A DNA stretch of 64,000 nucleotides from Raillietiella orientalis (taxonomy: Eukaryota), in contig JAYWIR010000013.1 of NCBI GenBank assembly GCA_036172245.1, positions 4,154,001-4,218,000 on the forward strand, given 5' to 3'. Below are positions 52,723-64,000 of this stretch, in pieces (within the stretch, counting starts at the first letter, position 1; every line of letters starts with the position of its first letter). Made by a program: the position numbers and the translations under genes. The notes under the pieces were generated by a model, which worked only from the letters and a program-made list of their open reading frames with translations, was not told the DNA's origin and ran no database searches.

Positions 52723-54129
52723 GAGCTGGCCCCACTCCCAGGCGGCGGAATTCCATGCAAACGGTTCCAAAAAGCTCGTTCCACGGAAGCAAAAGTGCTT
52801 GGAAGCAAAATGGTGACCACGTGGAAAAGTGACACGGGGATGTATGGAGAATGCACAGATTTGTTCACGGGTGGGCTCACAGATTTCAGGGAAAACAAGA
52901 GGGATCTTGGAGGAATCTCTGCTGTTTACTTCTCAAGCGAGAGTAGCACGTATGAGTTTTGTAAAGGAGGACGTTTTGCAAAGATGCGTTCAGTGATTAG
53001 AAATGCGTGTGTAAACGCAAAATACATGCGGCCAATAGTACATTACGCGCACATTGCGAGTGTTGCCTCGTTTTCGCGGTGTTCGGCACGAGTGGGTCAC
53101 TTTGCTTTCGAAACGAACAGGTTTGACTTGTCTCCGTTTCGGCAGCACCGCGCTCCAGTCGCTGCTTGGCAACGGAGGCGCATCGGAAGAGCTTCCACGG
53201 CAATCACTTTCACTGAATTCCGGAGGACTTTGCCGAGTTTCTTGTGGCCGACCGGGAAATATTGGATTAAAGTATGGTCGAAGTACTCTGAATTCGAAAG
53301 AGCCGGTTTGACAGTGGCGCATTCCGCGTGCAGCCACTTTTCGGGATGATTCAGACTTCCTGAGTTGTGCGTTTTTGAGGGTACCCCACTGGAAATGCGC
53401 TGCTTCCTCTAGGAAAGAGTGAAAGCACTATCCACACTTTGGATTCCTTTTTTTTTTTTTTTTTCCTTCCCTGAAAAATTCATAAAATAATCTTTGCGGA
53501 TGGAAGAGAAAGAGCCTTCTGGCTGAAAGGAAAACCCAAGGGGATTGGCGAGGAAGAGCTCCAGAAGCTCGGATGGACGAATCTTATGAATATAAATACC
53601 GCGGCTCCTTCGCATCATGATGATTCCGAGAATTTTCCGAGATGCTGCTCCGTTCGCGCTCGAATCTCGTAAATTTTTTGTAACTTTTGTCAGTTATTCG
53701 AAGCACAAGATGGAAACAAATTTTTGTCCCCCTTTCACCTCTCTCCCCCTTTTTTTTTTCTTTTCACTTGATTAAGTGTTGTCTTTAAGTCCCTGGACCC
53801 AATGGACCGTTGAATTATTTTATGACATAGCCATCAATACGAAACTAAATAATGCACCTTGTCAGCTGTTCGAATTGGCATTCAGATGCCCGGAGCACGA
53901 TTGCCTTTCCTGCAAAAGTTCACGATACACCTGGGAATAGGATGGAACATAACGCAGCTCCGTTAATGGTCCATTCCTCTAGAAACTAAGTTTTCCGAAA
54001 TACTCTACAAAAAGCCATTTCACTGAGACCGCTCGTGATCTGAATAACTTCCCGAATCACAAATTTAGAGCGATTTCAACACGTTCAGATTTCCGTAGGT
54101 CGGAATGCTGCGAATAAAATGGCAGTTCA

Positions 54130-54600
54130 GTTGCTCCGACCTCTGTGGATCAGGGCAAAGGGACGCTCATTTCAACCAAGGTGCTCTCGTGCAAAAGCGC
54201 TTGGATCTCCTCGGAATGTGCTGTTTATGACGCGGGCGAGGGAATGTCATCGGATCTCCGGGTCTTCGAAAGAATCAGCACCGTTTTCCCATTCAAATTT
54301 CCGATCATCGGAGAACATGTTCCAAGTACATGGCAGGTACTTTCCTCCGCAGCGAAAGTCTGCAACCCGTGATCAAGAAGACGTTGCAGCTACCAGCTAG
54401 GAGCGAAAAGCGTCCGAACGTGAATTCAGAAGACCACGGGCCACGGGGCATTAGCAGGAAGCATCTCCGGCAAGCGTGCCGAAGATGGTGTGCCCTCTTC
54501 GTGGAAAGACCCTTACCATCAGCACTCACGGAGCATTGGCTGAAGCAAACGGTGTTGCGGAGGCATCTTCCAGCCAGACACACCTCCTGATCGGGGAAAT
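54130..54600 (+). pseudogene. Decayed C2H2 zinc-finger fragment
   Basis: GTFLRSESLQP..SEKRP..RKHLRQ..ERPLP..VLRRHL..H. Confidence 0.35.
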
Positions 54601-56109
54601 TTTAATGATCGAAGTGTAATTGAACTTTCGTCTTTTAGATGCGTTTGTGCGCCAAAGTATCGGACGGATGCGCGATGTGTGCGATGGTTTCGCCCATTCC
54701 GACTTCACGACCATATAACCCATAAATGGTGCTGCGCTTCAAATTTTCCAGAGGTGTTCAGCAGTTAGGAATGGCAACAGCGCCGAAATAAGAATGAAGG
54801 CAAAAGAAAAACAGCCATTAACAGGGGCTTCGAAAACCGTCCTGGAATTGCAGCTATCTTCATGCCTCGCCTAATTAATTAGCCACACTTCAAGACGCAC
54901 AAAAATTGGTAATACGCACATGTATTTTTGATTTCCATCATTCCTGCAGGCATTTTCTTTCAAATAACGGGAGTCGGAAAGGAACCACCGCTGAACAGGA
55001 AGTGCGAATCCACCTTGTTGCTGTTGTTTTTCCGAGCAGGAAACCGAAATCGGCTAACTTTGGTTTTGAGTCAATCACACGAAATGCTTGGCATTCCAAA
55101 TTCGCCGAGAGAAAAGTTTTTTTCTGGCCACGACTGTAAGCCCCATCGACAGCCCTCCTGAGTGATCTGTGAAATCCAGCTTCTTATTCTTGTAGAGTAC
55201 CCCCTTTCACCTTTGTACCTTAGTGTACCACGATGGAAGGTGCACGTCATGCAACAAGACCTACAACGCAAAAAAAAAAAAGGGGGCACCATAGCATTGA
55301 CTGTGCCAGCGGTACGTGGAAATTACCCGAGGGAATCATAGCTTTGGCATGGCAGCAATAGCAGAAGGAGGAGAAATTACAGCTTTGCTGCAATCATATT
55401 GCTTACCAATTAACCACAGGGTTACACTATTTACCCAAGAAGCAGTTTGTGTTTCGTGAAGAGCGACGAACTGTTCCTTGAACTGATATTTTCGAAGACT
55501 GCACTTCCTCTGTACGTTCGGAATAAAGGAATCTTCATGGATCATACGAGCAGTTGGTGTCTACTGACTGATGTTGGCCAGGCACAATGTAGAAGGAACT
55601 TGGGCTTATGTGCTCATGTAAATGCTCACGCCCGAGGCTCTAGATTGGTGAGCGCTGGGGGTGGAAACGCATAGCATGAGATCATCACGTCACAAAACAG
55701 GAAAAGAAGAGGGAGTGCAGTTCACACCCGAAACCAATGGCCGCACTCCTTTTCGAGCCCTTTTGATCGTGATTGAAAGTTTGCGATCCCGAAGTTATAG
55801 CGTAGATATCCATGGAGGTGAAAACTTGAAAGTCCTTTTGAAAGCTGAATTTGAACAGTCTGATCCGCCTCCCAGGGGTCGCGCGTCGCTCGTGGCGGCA
55901 GCTCGCAGAGGGACTCCGGAAGCGCGCCTCTTCTGTCTGCCCCATTCCCGCGGTGATCCGCGAGGGCAGGAGGGAGAAAAGGGAGAACCTGAGCGCCAAG
56001 GAGTTGCCACCCGGTAGCACTGGGGCGTTTATTGACCAAAATAAACTCACAACCATCGTGCTGGGGGTACGAAGCCCCACCACAGCCAATTCTACAGTTG
56101 GACCTTCCC

Positions 56110-57130
56110 GATCGCCACACAAATAAACATGAAAAATGAAAATAAATAAGAACACTCTGGAGGGTCGGGAGGAGATCACTGTCTGCTGGAGGTAGTCTGC
56201 ATCCTTTTCAGGGTGCCATCTGAGTCCATCAGTATAGACCCTAGGTGGGGTCATCTGACCTCTATCCGCAGAAAGCGAACTGCAAGCTCGATGGCGTCTC
56301 CCTCGTTTCCTCGTCTTTTGGCTTCGCTCCAGCCTGCCACAATCCCCCGGACGCAGCAAAATGCTGCCAGTGCTGCGGCTGGTTGCAGGGCGTCCCGCAC
56401 GAAGAGAAGCCGTAGAACGTCCCTGGGGGGGCTGCCAACCGAGATCCGGAGGGTCGTTCGTAATCGTTCCCGTAGAGTCTGGAAGGTGCGGGAAGGATTC
56501 CCGTTTCCCGCATCTGCTACAGTCCGGTCTCACCCTCCCTCCTCAGAGTCCAATAGTGTCGGCGTGTGCTGCAGGGAAAATCCCAGGGCAACAGCAGAAG
56601 TGCCGATTTCTTCCACTTCAGGGGGAGGGTGCTTGTATCCTTCAGCACTGGAGGTCACTTTAGGTCTTCTGATGGAATGCCGAGTAGCTCGCCCAGCGCT
56701 GTAGTCCTCGTGGAAGGGCGCAGCACCCCCCAGCTGCCTGTGGTCCATCCACTCATCAACATCAGTCTGCCTGAGATCCCGCAGGAGACTTGACACCTCG
56801 GCGTAGGACTTCTTCTGACTGCACTCCGCAGGGAGGGCATCGCCGCAGCGAGGGGGGTCGTCTCCAACCACGTGCTCCTGCCGGGGCACTCCAGGATCTT
56901 CCGCAGGGAGCAGCCGGCGTGGCTGTTGAGTGGCAGACGGTTCCTCTTCTCGGAAGTAGGCTCATTCCACCTCGACCGCGTGCCAACTGTTTCCTCCAGA
57001 CAGACTCTAGAGTTGGCGGGGCAACGGACGATCATTTCCAGGATGTCCATGCGTCCCAGGGGCCCCTCGGAGTGGGCCTTGAGAGCTCAATATGGGACAA
57101 GAATTTCTCCCTTAACAATCCTTCTCCCTG
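56110..57130 (-). mobile_element. 3' part of non-LTR family X (RNase H remnant, knuckle, 3' UTR)
   Basis: PDCSRCGKRESFPHL knuckle; VCLEETVGTRSRWNE (cf. WVPGHxGIxGNE); shared 3' UTR motif with the 4.0 and 26.5 kb copies. Confidence 0.7.
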
Positions 57131-58329
57131 AAAAAAAATCAAAGTTGACTGGAAGCCCTGTCTGACGACAGACCTATAATCAAGAGCACTCACGAAATGA
57201 ACACTTGGAACTTTTGCACAAGAGCTACATTATCTCACAATGACTGGACTTTGCACTCTTAAATTGGTGCGCGAAAACACGAGCTAGCCGAAATTTTAAA
57301 TACCCTAAGTCTCTTTAGAATCTAAAAAGAAAAAGAAAAAGAAAAAAATGAGACGTGAGAATGTGAGGCGAATGAGATTCAAGGAACCTGAGGATGGCAA
57401 ATGATTACGTTTTCCGCTCTATAGAATTTCCCTTGAAGGGAATCTCAAAAGCATTTCTTGCATTTCCATAGTAAGAGCGAGCCTGGACTGCATGAGACAG
57501 TGTTCCGAGGTCAGAATGCAAATGTCGGAAGCGGTTATTACAAAGGAAAGAGGAAGAACTGATGCTGCGGGCGGTAATATCGTGGGTTTAAAGAAAAGGA
57601 TCCCTCAAGTTCAGAACCTGGCTTCATGCTTCTTAGGTAACAGATGATGGGTACCAAAGATGGCCGCAGAGATGACATAGGTTGCAACAGTGTCCAAATC
57701 AATCGGTGGAAAGCTTAGGGCTTGCATAGGGAGAAAATCTCGCTGCTGCACTGCTGCTTGCATCAAACATGGAAGTGCTGTGGGGGAGAACAGTCACGTG
57801 AATTATATCGGTGTTGATGTGTATTCCCCAGAAAATGCTGAACATTCTGAAGCACCAAGTGTGAATTTGCATGCATGGAACGTGTACAACGCGTATTTAA
57901 TTCAAGATTCTATTGACATTGGGAAGTTTAGGTCTTCGTTTAAGGAAAGACCGGAAAGATTGGGCAACGCATGGGATGAAGCTGAAAGTGAGAAGAAAAT
58001 GGCTGCCGGAACCGGAATCGCAGTAGGTCCTACCTCACACTTGTAGCCCACGCGGTAATCGCAAAGCAACAGCGCTCTTTCCGGAATTGGGGCTCTTGCT
58101 GTACAAAACCCTCCTTTCATATTTCTTCAAAACTAATTTCATGTCCATCACAATGGTTAGCATCATAAAGCAGCTGGGATGCGTATGTGTATGAGTTTTG
58201 ACTTGATTTTAACCCTTTGCCCTCCAAGAGTTTGTTGACACGACCGACCAGCAACCCCCCAGCAACCGAAAATAGGAAGAGTAATGGCTTTGCTTTGATA
58301 AGAAAAAAAAATGATAAATGTTCATCCAT

Positions 58330-58755
58330 CGGGTGGTTCGCTGCGATGGTTCTTCTCGCAAAGCTGTCGGTTTCTTCTTCGATGATCCCCTTGACAAGCT
58401 CTTCTGTGAAGAATAAGTAGAAATATTCTGTTGGTTCCACAATGTTCGATGCAATCTGTGGTCCAGTGACCCTGGGAGAAACTGTAAAATTAATCCTTTC
58501 TGGAACCCTTTCGCTATCCATTATATCGACCCATTCATCTTCTTCTCCGAAAGAACTTTCACTCTCGATGATTCCGATTCTTCGTCGCCGTTTCACAGTA
58601 ATTTCGCTATCACTAGAAAGAATTCCAGAATCATCATCACTTGCACCATCTTCAGATGCAGCATCAGTTAAATTGTCATCAACTAGGTACAAATGAAGTT
58701 CTTCTTCACTTTCACTCAATTCGAAATTTTCATAATCCCTTTCCTCTTTATCCAT
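58330..58755 (-). pseudogene. piggyBac transposase N-terminal fragment (no DDD core)
   Basis: MDKEERD..., acidic/Ser-rich stretch, then TGPQ..EPTEYFYLFFTEELVKGIIEEETDSFA (cf. PxExFxLFFxxxLxxxIVxxTNxYA). The catalytic region is missing before the 3' TIR. Confidence 0.85.
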
Positions 58756-59026
58756 CTTTAGCAAATTGCTTTGCAACTGACTGATGGCAGTTAGAGAGCA
58801 ACTTTTATAGCAAAGTCGAGGTCCCGTTCGAAAAGAGGCAAACTTTAAGAAATCGTGGCAGCAACTTTGCACCGTGCAGTGTTTGCAGAGCAGTGATCTG
58901 TAACGGGAAGCTGTGCACCATCACGGCGCCGCTTCCTCCCACTCACTTCGACGAGCGGTCTGCAATGTAAAGAATGCATAACTGCGGTCCCCCCATTCCC
59001 ACGCATCGACACAATACGTCCTCTCA

Positions 59027-59370
59027 GGTGCCCTTTTCAATGTCCCCTCGGCGGGGCCAGGGGAGGAGTGGCGCCGTTTTCAATGTCCCCTCGGCGGGGC
59101 CAGGGGAGGAGTGGCGCCGTTTTCAATGTCCCCTCGGCGGGGCCAGGGGACGTGTGGTGCCCTTTTCAATGTCCCCTCGGCGGGGCCAGGGGACGTGTGG
59201 TGCCCTTTTCAATGTCCCCTCGGCGGGGCCAGGGGACGTGTGGTGCCCTTTGCAATGTCCCCTAGGCGGGGCCAGGGGAGGAGTGGTGCCCTTTTCGACG
59301 TCCCCTCGGCAGGGCCAGGGGACGTGTGGTGCCGTTTTGAATGTGCCGTCAGAGGAGCCAGTGGAGTGAG
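59027..59370. repeat. 43-bp minisatellite, 7 full units plus a degenerate 8th running into the TIR
   Basis: Unit ggtgcccttttcaatgtcccctcggcggggccaggggacgtgt starts at 59027, 59070 and so on to 59328. Confidence 0.97.
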
Positions 59371-59989
59371 AAGGGTTAAAGGTTTTTGACGATTTTTCAA
59401 TTTAGAAAGCCACAAATGAGAATTGTGTGACTTTTGCAATCAGCTGAAAGACAGTAATGTCTCTAATAGTGCATAAAAGATGAAATTTTTTGAAAACTGT
59501 TACATAATGAGATGATAACCTTGAAGATGAGGAATTAAGTGCCTGCTGGGGAATTAAAAAGGGCGGATGAATGCGGATGAGAAAAGCTATACAGTACAAA
59601 CATATTTTGCTTCTACAAAGACCGCGTTCCTTATATATGCATGAAAAATGCATAATTCAAAAATAAAATGGACTTTCCAGTGAAAGTCTTTTGTGACAAC
59701 ACAAGTGAAGTGGTCTAATGCTCTTCAGCTTCGGTATGAATATTCATGCCTACAGATACAAGCTTCTCGAGATCATGTTTTCCCTTATTAACTTCGGTCA
59801 CAGGCAAGAATGATTTACCCAGGTTTCGCAACGCACACTCGGAATGGTTCTGTACATACATTATGGACTCTTGTACTCATCTGAAAAACTACTTACCGAG
59901 GCAGAGATCTGTAATGCATTTCCGAAAGTTCCCGAGCGTGCTGGGTCTGCGGTTTGTGCGAAGGATGAAGAAGCAGCCGTGAACCTTGG

Positions 59990-60380
59990 CATCTTTGACT
60001 ACCTTTTCGTAACCCTTTGACCACCCAGCTTTTGGTGACCCCTCAGGCAGCAAGCAAGGCTGCACGGTCGGGTCGCATACTGAGGCGCCTCCCTGAAACG
60101 TCTTGGACTTTCCGTTCAACGGGAAGCGGCCAAGAGCTGTCCCCCGGAGATGGCCCGGTCGCTTGCAGGGCACCCGAGCGACCTGACGCTGCTGCCAGGC
60201 GACGCTGCTTCGGTGTGGCAGCCGAAGGGCAGCGCCTCCTTCTGCACACGTCGGTCGCCGCCGCCGCCGCCGCCGCCGTGGTGTGGGGCGGCGTGCTCTT
60301 TCCGTACGGAAGTGTCCCTCAAGCCCGTGGCTTCCTTCTCTGTGTACAATTCCAAGCTGCACGTCTCAGTTCGGCGCTTA
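59990..60380 (+). promoter_or_regulatory. GC/CpG-rich island with a (GCC)n run upstream of the POU gene; promoter or 5' exon candidate
   Basis: Local GC-rich block inside AT-rich DNA; the GCC run reads as poly-Ala in the 60017-60391 frame. Linkage to the POU gene is not established. Confidence 0.35.
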
Positions 60381-60878
60381 TCGATTTCTAACGAGCATGC
60401 AGTTATGAAGCATGCAATCTGTTGGTCCTTTTCATGATGAAGTACGTAACGAGCTTTCGAAAATTTGATTTTTGTTTACCGAGGAAATGTACGAAAAGAC
60501 GTGCAGGCTTGTAAGCATGGGTTATGAAAGTGGGAAAAGATACATTCTGACCAAGAACCCCGTAAGAACTACGTGACAATGAGGATAAGTTTCAGGCTTA
60601 GTTTCCCATAAGAAAAGTGTAAATGGTTTGAAAGTATTGACTTGCAAATCTCGATAATGATGTATTTTTCCAAAATGTTCTCAGTTGAGTTTCGTATACA
60701 TGTTGCAGCAAATGAATTGTAGATTCTGGTCCATAATAGACATGGATATGCAGCGTTTGATGTACACATGGTAGAACAAATCCGACTTGAAAAAATTTGA
60801 TATCTGCACATTCGGTCAGCAGGACACTTGGTAGATTAATTTGAGATTCTTTATTGCTATGACATCCACACCATAGTA

Positions 60879-61714
60879 ATGGCTGTCGGCCAGGACACAC
60901 TACTCACATCTGGTACGACTTTTAATTTCATGGTTATCATGTTAAAATAGTAGTCTCTTCATTAGCCATCCCAATGGTACTTCAGATAGTGCCTCCACAG
61001 CAAGTAGATGCACAAAACTCTTTGGTGTATATACCACCATCTATTACGCCTGTTGGTATGCAGCAAACAGTATGTGTATCTGGAAATGGAAATCAACCTG
61101 TATTTGTTGTACCACAAGGTAATTTGTAATATTTCACAAAAGAGTTACACAGCCTTTCAGAATCTATTCCCACTAATATAGAGTCAGTTGGATCTCCTGT
61201 CTGGCTCTATGTTTCAATTCCTCAAGTTGTGGATGGTGTTGATCTGAGTGAGCTACAACAGTTTGCAGGAGCTGTGCGCCATAGAAGACAAGAACTGGGT
61301 TTAACACAGAGCCAAGTAGGCCAAGCTTTGCAAGCTTATAGCCAGAGTGCCATTTGTCGTTTTGAAAAATTGGATGTAACACCCCGCAGTGCCAAGAAGA
61401 TTCGCCCCTTATTAGAGCGCTGGATGTCAGAAGTGGTACAAGGATGCCAAGAAGACTGTGCACCTAGAAAGCGCAAAAAAAGGACCATCTTCACTTCCAG
61501 CACTTTACATGCTTTGCATGCAGCTTTCCAGAGGAACAGTCGGCCTTCTAGTAAGCAAATAATATGTTTGGTTCATCGTGTTTAATTCTGATTTTGTGTA
61601 GGTACTGAACTAACTCTTTTATCCCAACAGTTAGGATATGATCGAGAAGCTATCCGCATTTGGTTTTGTAATAAAAGACAAGCCATGCGCCACACAGCAC
61701 AGCATTCATGCTGA
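60879..61714 (+). CDS. POU6: Class VI POU-domain transcription factor (POU6/pdm3-like); exons 60879-60912, 60966-61118, 61161-61550, 61602-61714; true start uncertain
   Basis: POU-specific DGVDLSEL..LGLTQSQVGQAL..YSQSAICRFEKLDVTPRSA and homeodomain KRKKRTIF..YDREAIRIWFCNKRQA. Three GT-AG phase-1 introns (53, 42, 51 nt) keep the frame open to TGA at 61712-61714. Confidence 0.92.
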
Positions 61715-63706
61715 TACAAATAAGATAAGTTTGCATTCAAAGCTTGACACTTCATTAGTATTCTCTGACAGTATCACAATATAAAGATGTTTTCTATAAC
61801 TTCATTCATTAAGTAATTGGATATAAATAGCGGCATATAAAATTGCATTGGACATTGGCAAAGACTTTATTTTACAAAATTTTTTAGTCATCAGAGTGAG
61901 GAGGAGCAAAAGTTTCTTATCATTCTGACTTCTTATTAAAGAATTTCTTAATGAGCATATTTGTTTGAAACAACTCTTGTAAGCTCAGTTCATTGTTAAA
62001 GCAATAAATTTGATTTTGTTTGTAATTTATATTTAACTATCTTGATACTGTTTGTGTGTAAAACTTGAATCAGGGGATTGGTGCCCGTGCTTTGTTGGAG
62101 TATGCATCATACCCTTGCAATCTTCTCTCATGAGATGAGATTTCAGTGAAAATTGTTCTTTGCATCTTCACTTCATATTGTATTTAACTAGTTGCATAAA
62201 CAATAGAAATGGTACATGCTCTGACTGTACACATACTAAACAATGGAAAGAATTGAATTCATCAGCTTACAGGTATAGTGGAAGTATTTGCTTGGTATTT
62301 TGATTTCAAAAGCAGTGACTTGAAATTTGAAATTAGATATTTTCTCACAAAAAACATTGTTTAATTGTTTTTAAACAATTAAACGATGTTTGTTTTGGAA
62401 ACTCTGTATCTCAAGTACAATCTCTGGTCTGTACAAAGTGGACAAGGGAAAAGTGCTAGGTATTAAATAGTCTCCTCAAAAACATCCCCGAGTCAGAGTC
62501 AGTGGTGTTTTTCATGCTTTCTGATCACATCAGGATTTACCTTTTTTGTATGTTCTTTATAGTAATCAATTTTTCAGTGTTGAAATTAAAATCATAAATT
62601 TCAAGAAAGCATCTAAAATTTCCTTCTCACATAAGAAGCTTGTTGAGAATTGCATTCCGAAGATCAGTGAAATACTCTAGTATAGTTCTTTGAATGACTC
62701 CTTAAGGTCAAGAAAAATATTTACATAGCTGCAAATTGCAATTTCCTTTACTTTATCTTAGAAACATCTTTTTAATTCTGTATTTCTGCTGTAGTATTGC
62801 ATTTCCATGTCAGGATTGTTTCAGGTGCAATTTTTTTCTTGTCATCTTAGTTTGTTACCTTCACAAAAGAGTACTCCTAAGATTTTGCTATTCACATTGC
62901 CAGGGTTTTCCTTGCAAGCATCTCAAGTTATCAGCCAAAAATTTAGACAGATCTTAGAAGTCTGTTGACTTATTTTTGCCAACACTGTTGCATTCTAATA
63001 CCTAACTTTGGGTTTTTACTAAGAATGTTTGCTTTTCTTTATTTTTAATTCAGAAGCTAATTGCATGCAGATAACATTTGAAAGTCTCCATTCATTTGTG
63101 ATTATCAGAAGTTCTTGTTTGAAATGATAAATTTATAATCATATAAATTTCTGTATTAAATAAATTTGATTAGTTAAAATGAAATAAGAATTCATATAAA
63201 TTTGGAAAACTCTGCACCACTATGTTTTTGACAAAAAACTATAATGATTAAACGTGATGAAAATAACCTCTTGTACTGTTTTTCGACAACTGAGCTTTAT
63301 CACTGTAAAATTTGCATAATGAAAGTTTTGGATCACAGATCATGAGAAGTTCGAGGGAGTTTTTGTCAAAGATAAAATGAAACTTGGTTGCTATTGAAAG
63401 AAAATAATTTAATTTTGTAATCGGATATTTCCTTTTTTCTGGAGTAGTGCGTATAAAAAAAATGTGCAAATCCTCTCTTGAAGAACAGTGAATTTTATCA
63501 GAGAAAAAAAAAAAATTTTCCATTTTATTTGAAAAAAAAATTTGATTCCAAGATTAGTGCATCTAATACAGTATTTTTCTCATGTGTTAATATTCAGCTT
63601 TCTATGAAGTACTTTGTTTGAAAAATTGCACTTTGAACATATTGTTACCGTCTTTTCTTTAATTTTTAAGATGCTACATTAGTTATTTCACATTTCCAAC
63701 AGGATG

Positions 63707-63945
63707 TTATGCTTTATGTAGTTTAAGTAATTTGGATAGCTTATCAACTTGCAATGCTTTAATTCGTACCTCTGGAACTAAATATACTTTTCTTATTTCC
63801 ACTTCATTCACACATCATTAAGCCACTTGATCTTGCTGTTAAAGATTTGAGGTCTAATTTCATTTTCCGAATTCGTTTTTCAAGGTTGCTACAAACAATT
63901 TGTGAAATTATCAAAATTGTATCTGTATTACTCTTAGACTCCTAG
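63707..63945 (-). CDS. Possible terminal exons of an unidentified gene entering from the right
   Basis: Open stretches ESKSNTD..LEKRIRKMKLDLKSL and EVRIKALQVDKLSKLLKLHKA*. The implied intron is only about 34 nt, so the model is weak. Confidence 0.25.
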
Positions 63946-64000
63946 CATATAATACACATTCTTTCCTATTATTGTAACAATCGTGTAAACCAAATTGCAA

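Larger units (their letters stand above)
58209..59379 (-). mobile_element. Internally deleted (non-autonomous) piggyBac transposon with TTAA on both sides
   Basis: TTAA at 58209-58212 and 59376-59379; imperfect TIRs ccctttgccctcca vs cccttctcactcca (11/14); transposase N-terminus inside. Confidence 0.9.

Noticed and set aside
52615..53349. 244-aa ORF as a real gene or EGF-repeat pseudogene
   Set aside because: The 5' part overlaps LINE debris, and the EGF-like spacing lacks most cysteines.
57660..58046. eIF5A- or DEAD-box-like fragment
   Set aside because: Only scattered, mutually inconsistent resemblances; not supportable.
1..59000. Most six-frame ORFs as genes
   Set aside because: They are short, overlapping on both strands, often with alternative starts, as expected by chance or from decayed repeats in about 50% GC eukaryotic DNA.
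59027..59370. CRISPR-like array (palindromic repeats at regular spacing)
   Set aside because: Units are contiguous with no unique spacers, there are no cas genes, and the array lies inside a eukaryotic piggyBac.

Overview
Eukaryotic (invertebrate animal) nuclear DNA, not prokaryotic; the host species cannot be named from this window. It has two compartments. (1) About 1-59.4 kb is a roughly 50% GC, CpG-retaining 'graveyard' with no intact gene that I can find. It holds truncated non-LTR retrotransposons of several clades (RNase H/zinc-knuckle I-like, L1/Tx1-like, restriction-like-endonuclease R2/NeSL-like, R4/Dong-like), a tRNA-headed SINE family, and a TTAA-flanked internally deleted piggyBac with a 43-bp minisatellite. 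It also holds many heavily decayed host-gene fragments (atlastin, integrin alpha, SLC22, calcyphosin, heme peroxidase, LRR, C2H2-ZF, LDLa, BTB-kelch). (2) About 59.4-64 kb is AT-rich and CpG-poor and contains one apparently intact spliced class VI POU gene with 42-53 nt introns. The most notable item is a decayed bacterial class D-like group II intron at about 40.1-41.4 kb (ribozyme domains plus a frameshifted RT/maturase ORF) embedded among host repeats, which suggests an old bacterium-to-animal transfer. Also notable: a near-identical inverted duplication about 29 kb apart that gives a filled/empty-site pair for a doubly truncated L1-like insert. All homology calls were made by eye from remembered family motifs, not by database search; coordinates of decayed features are approximate.
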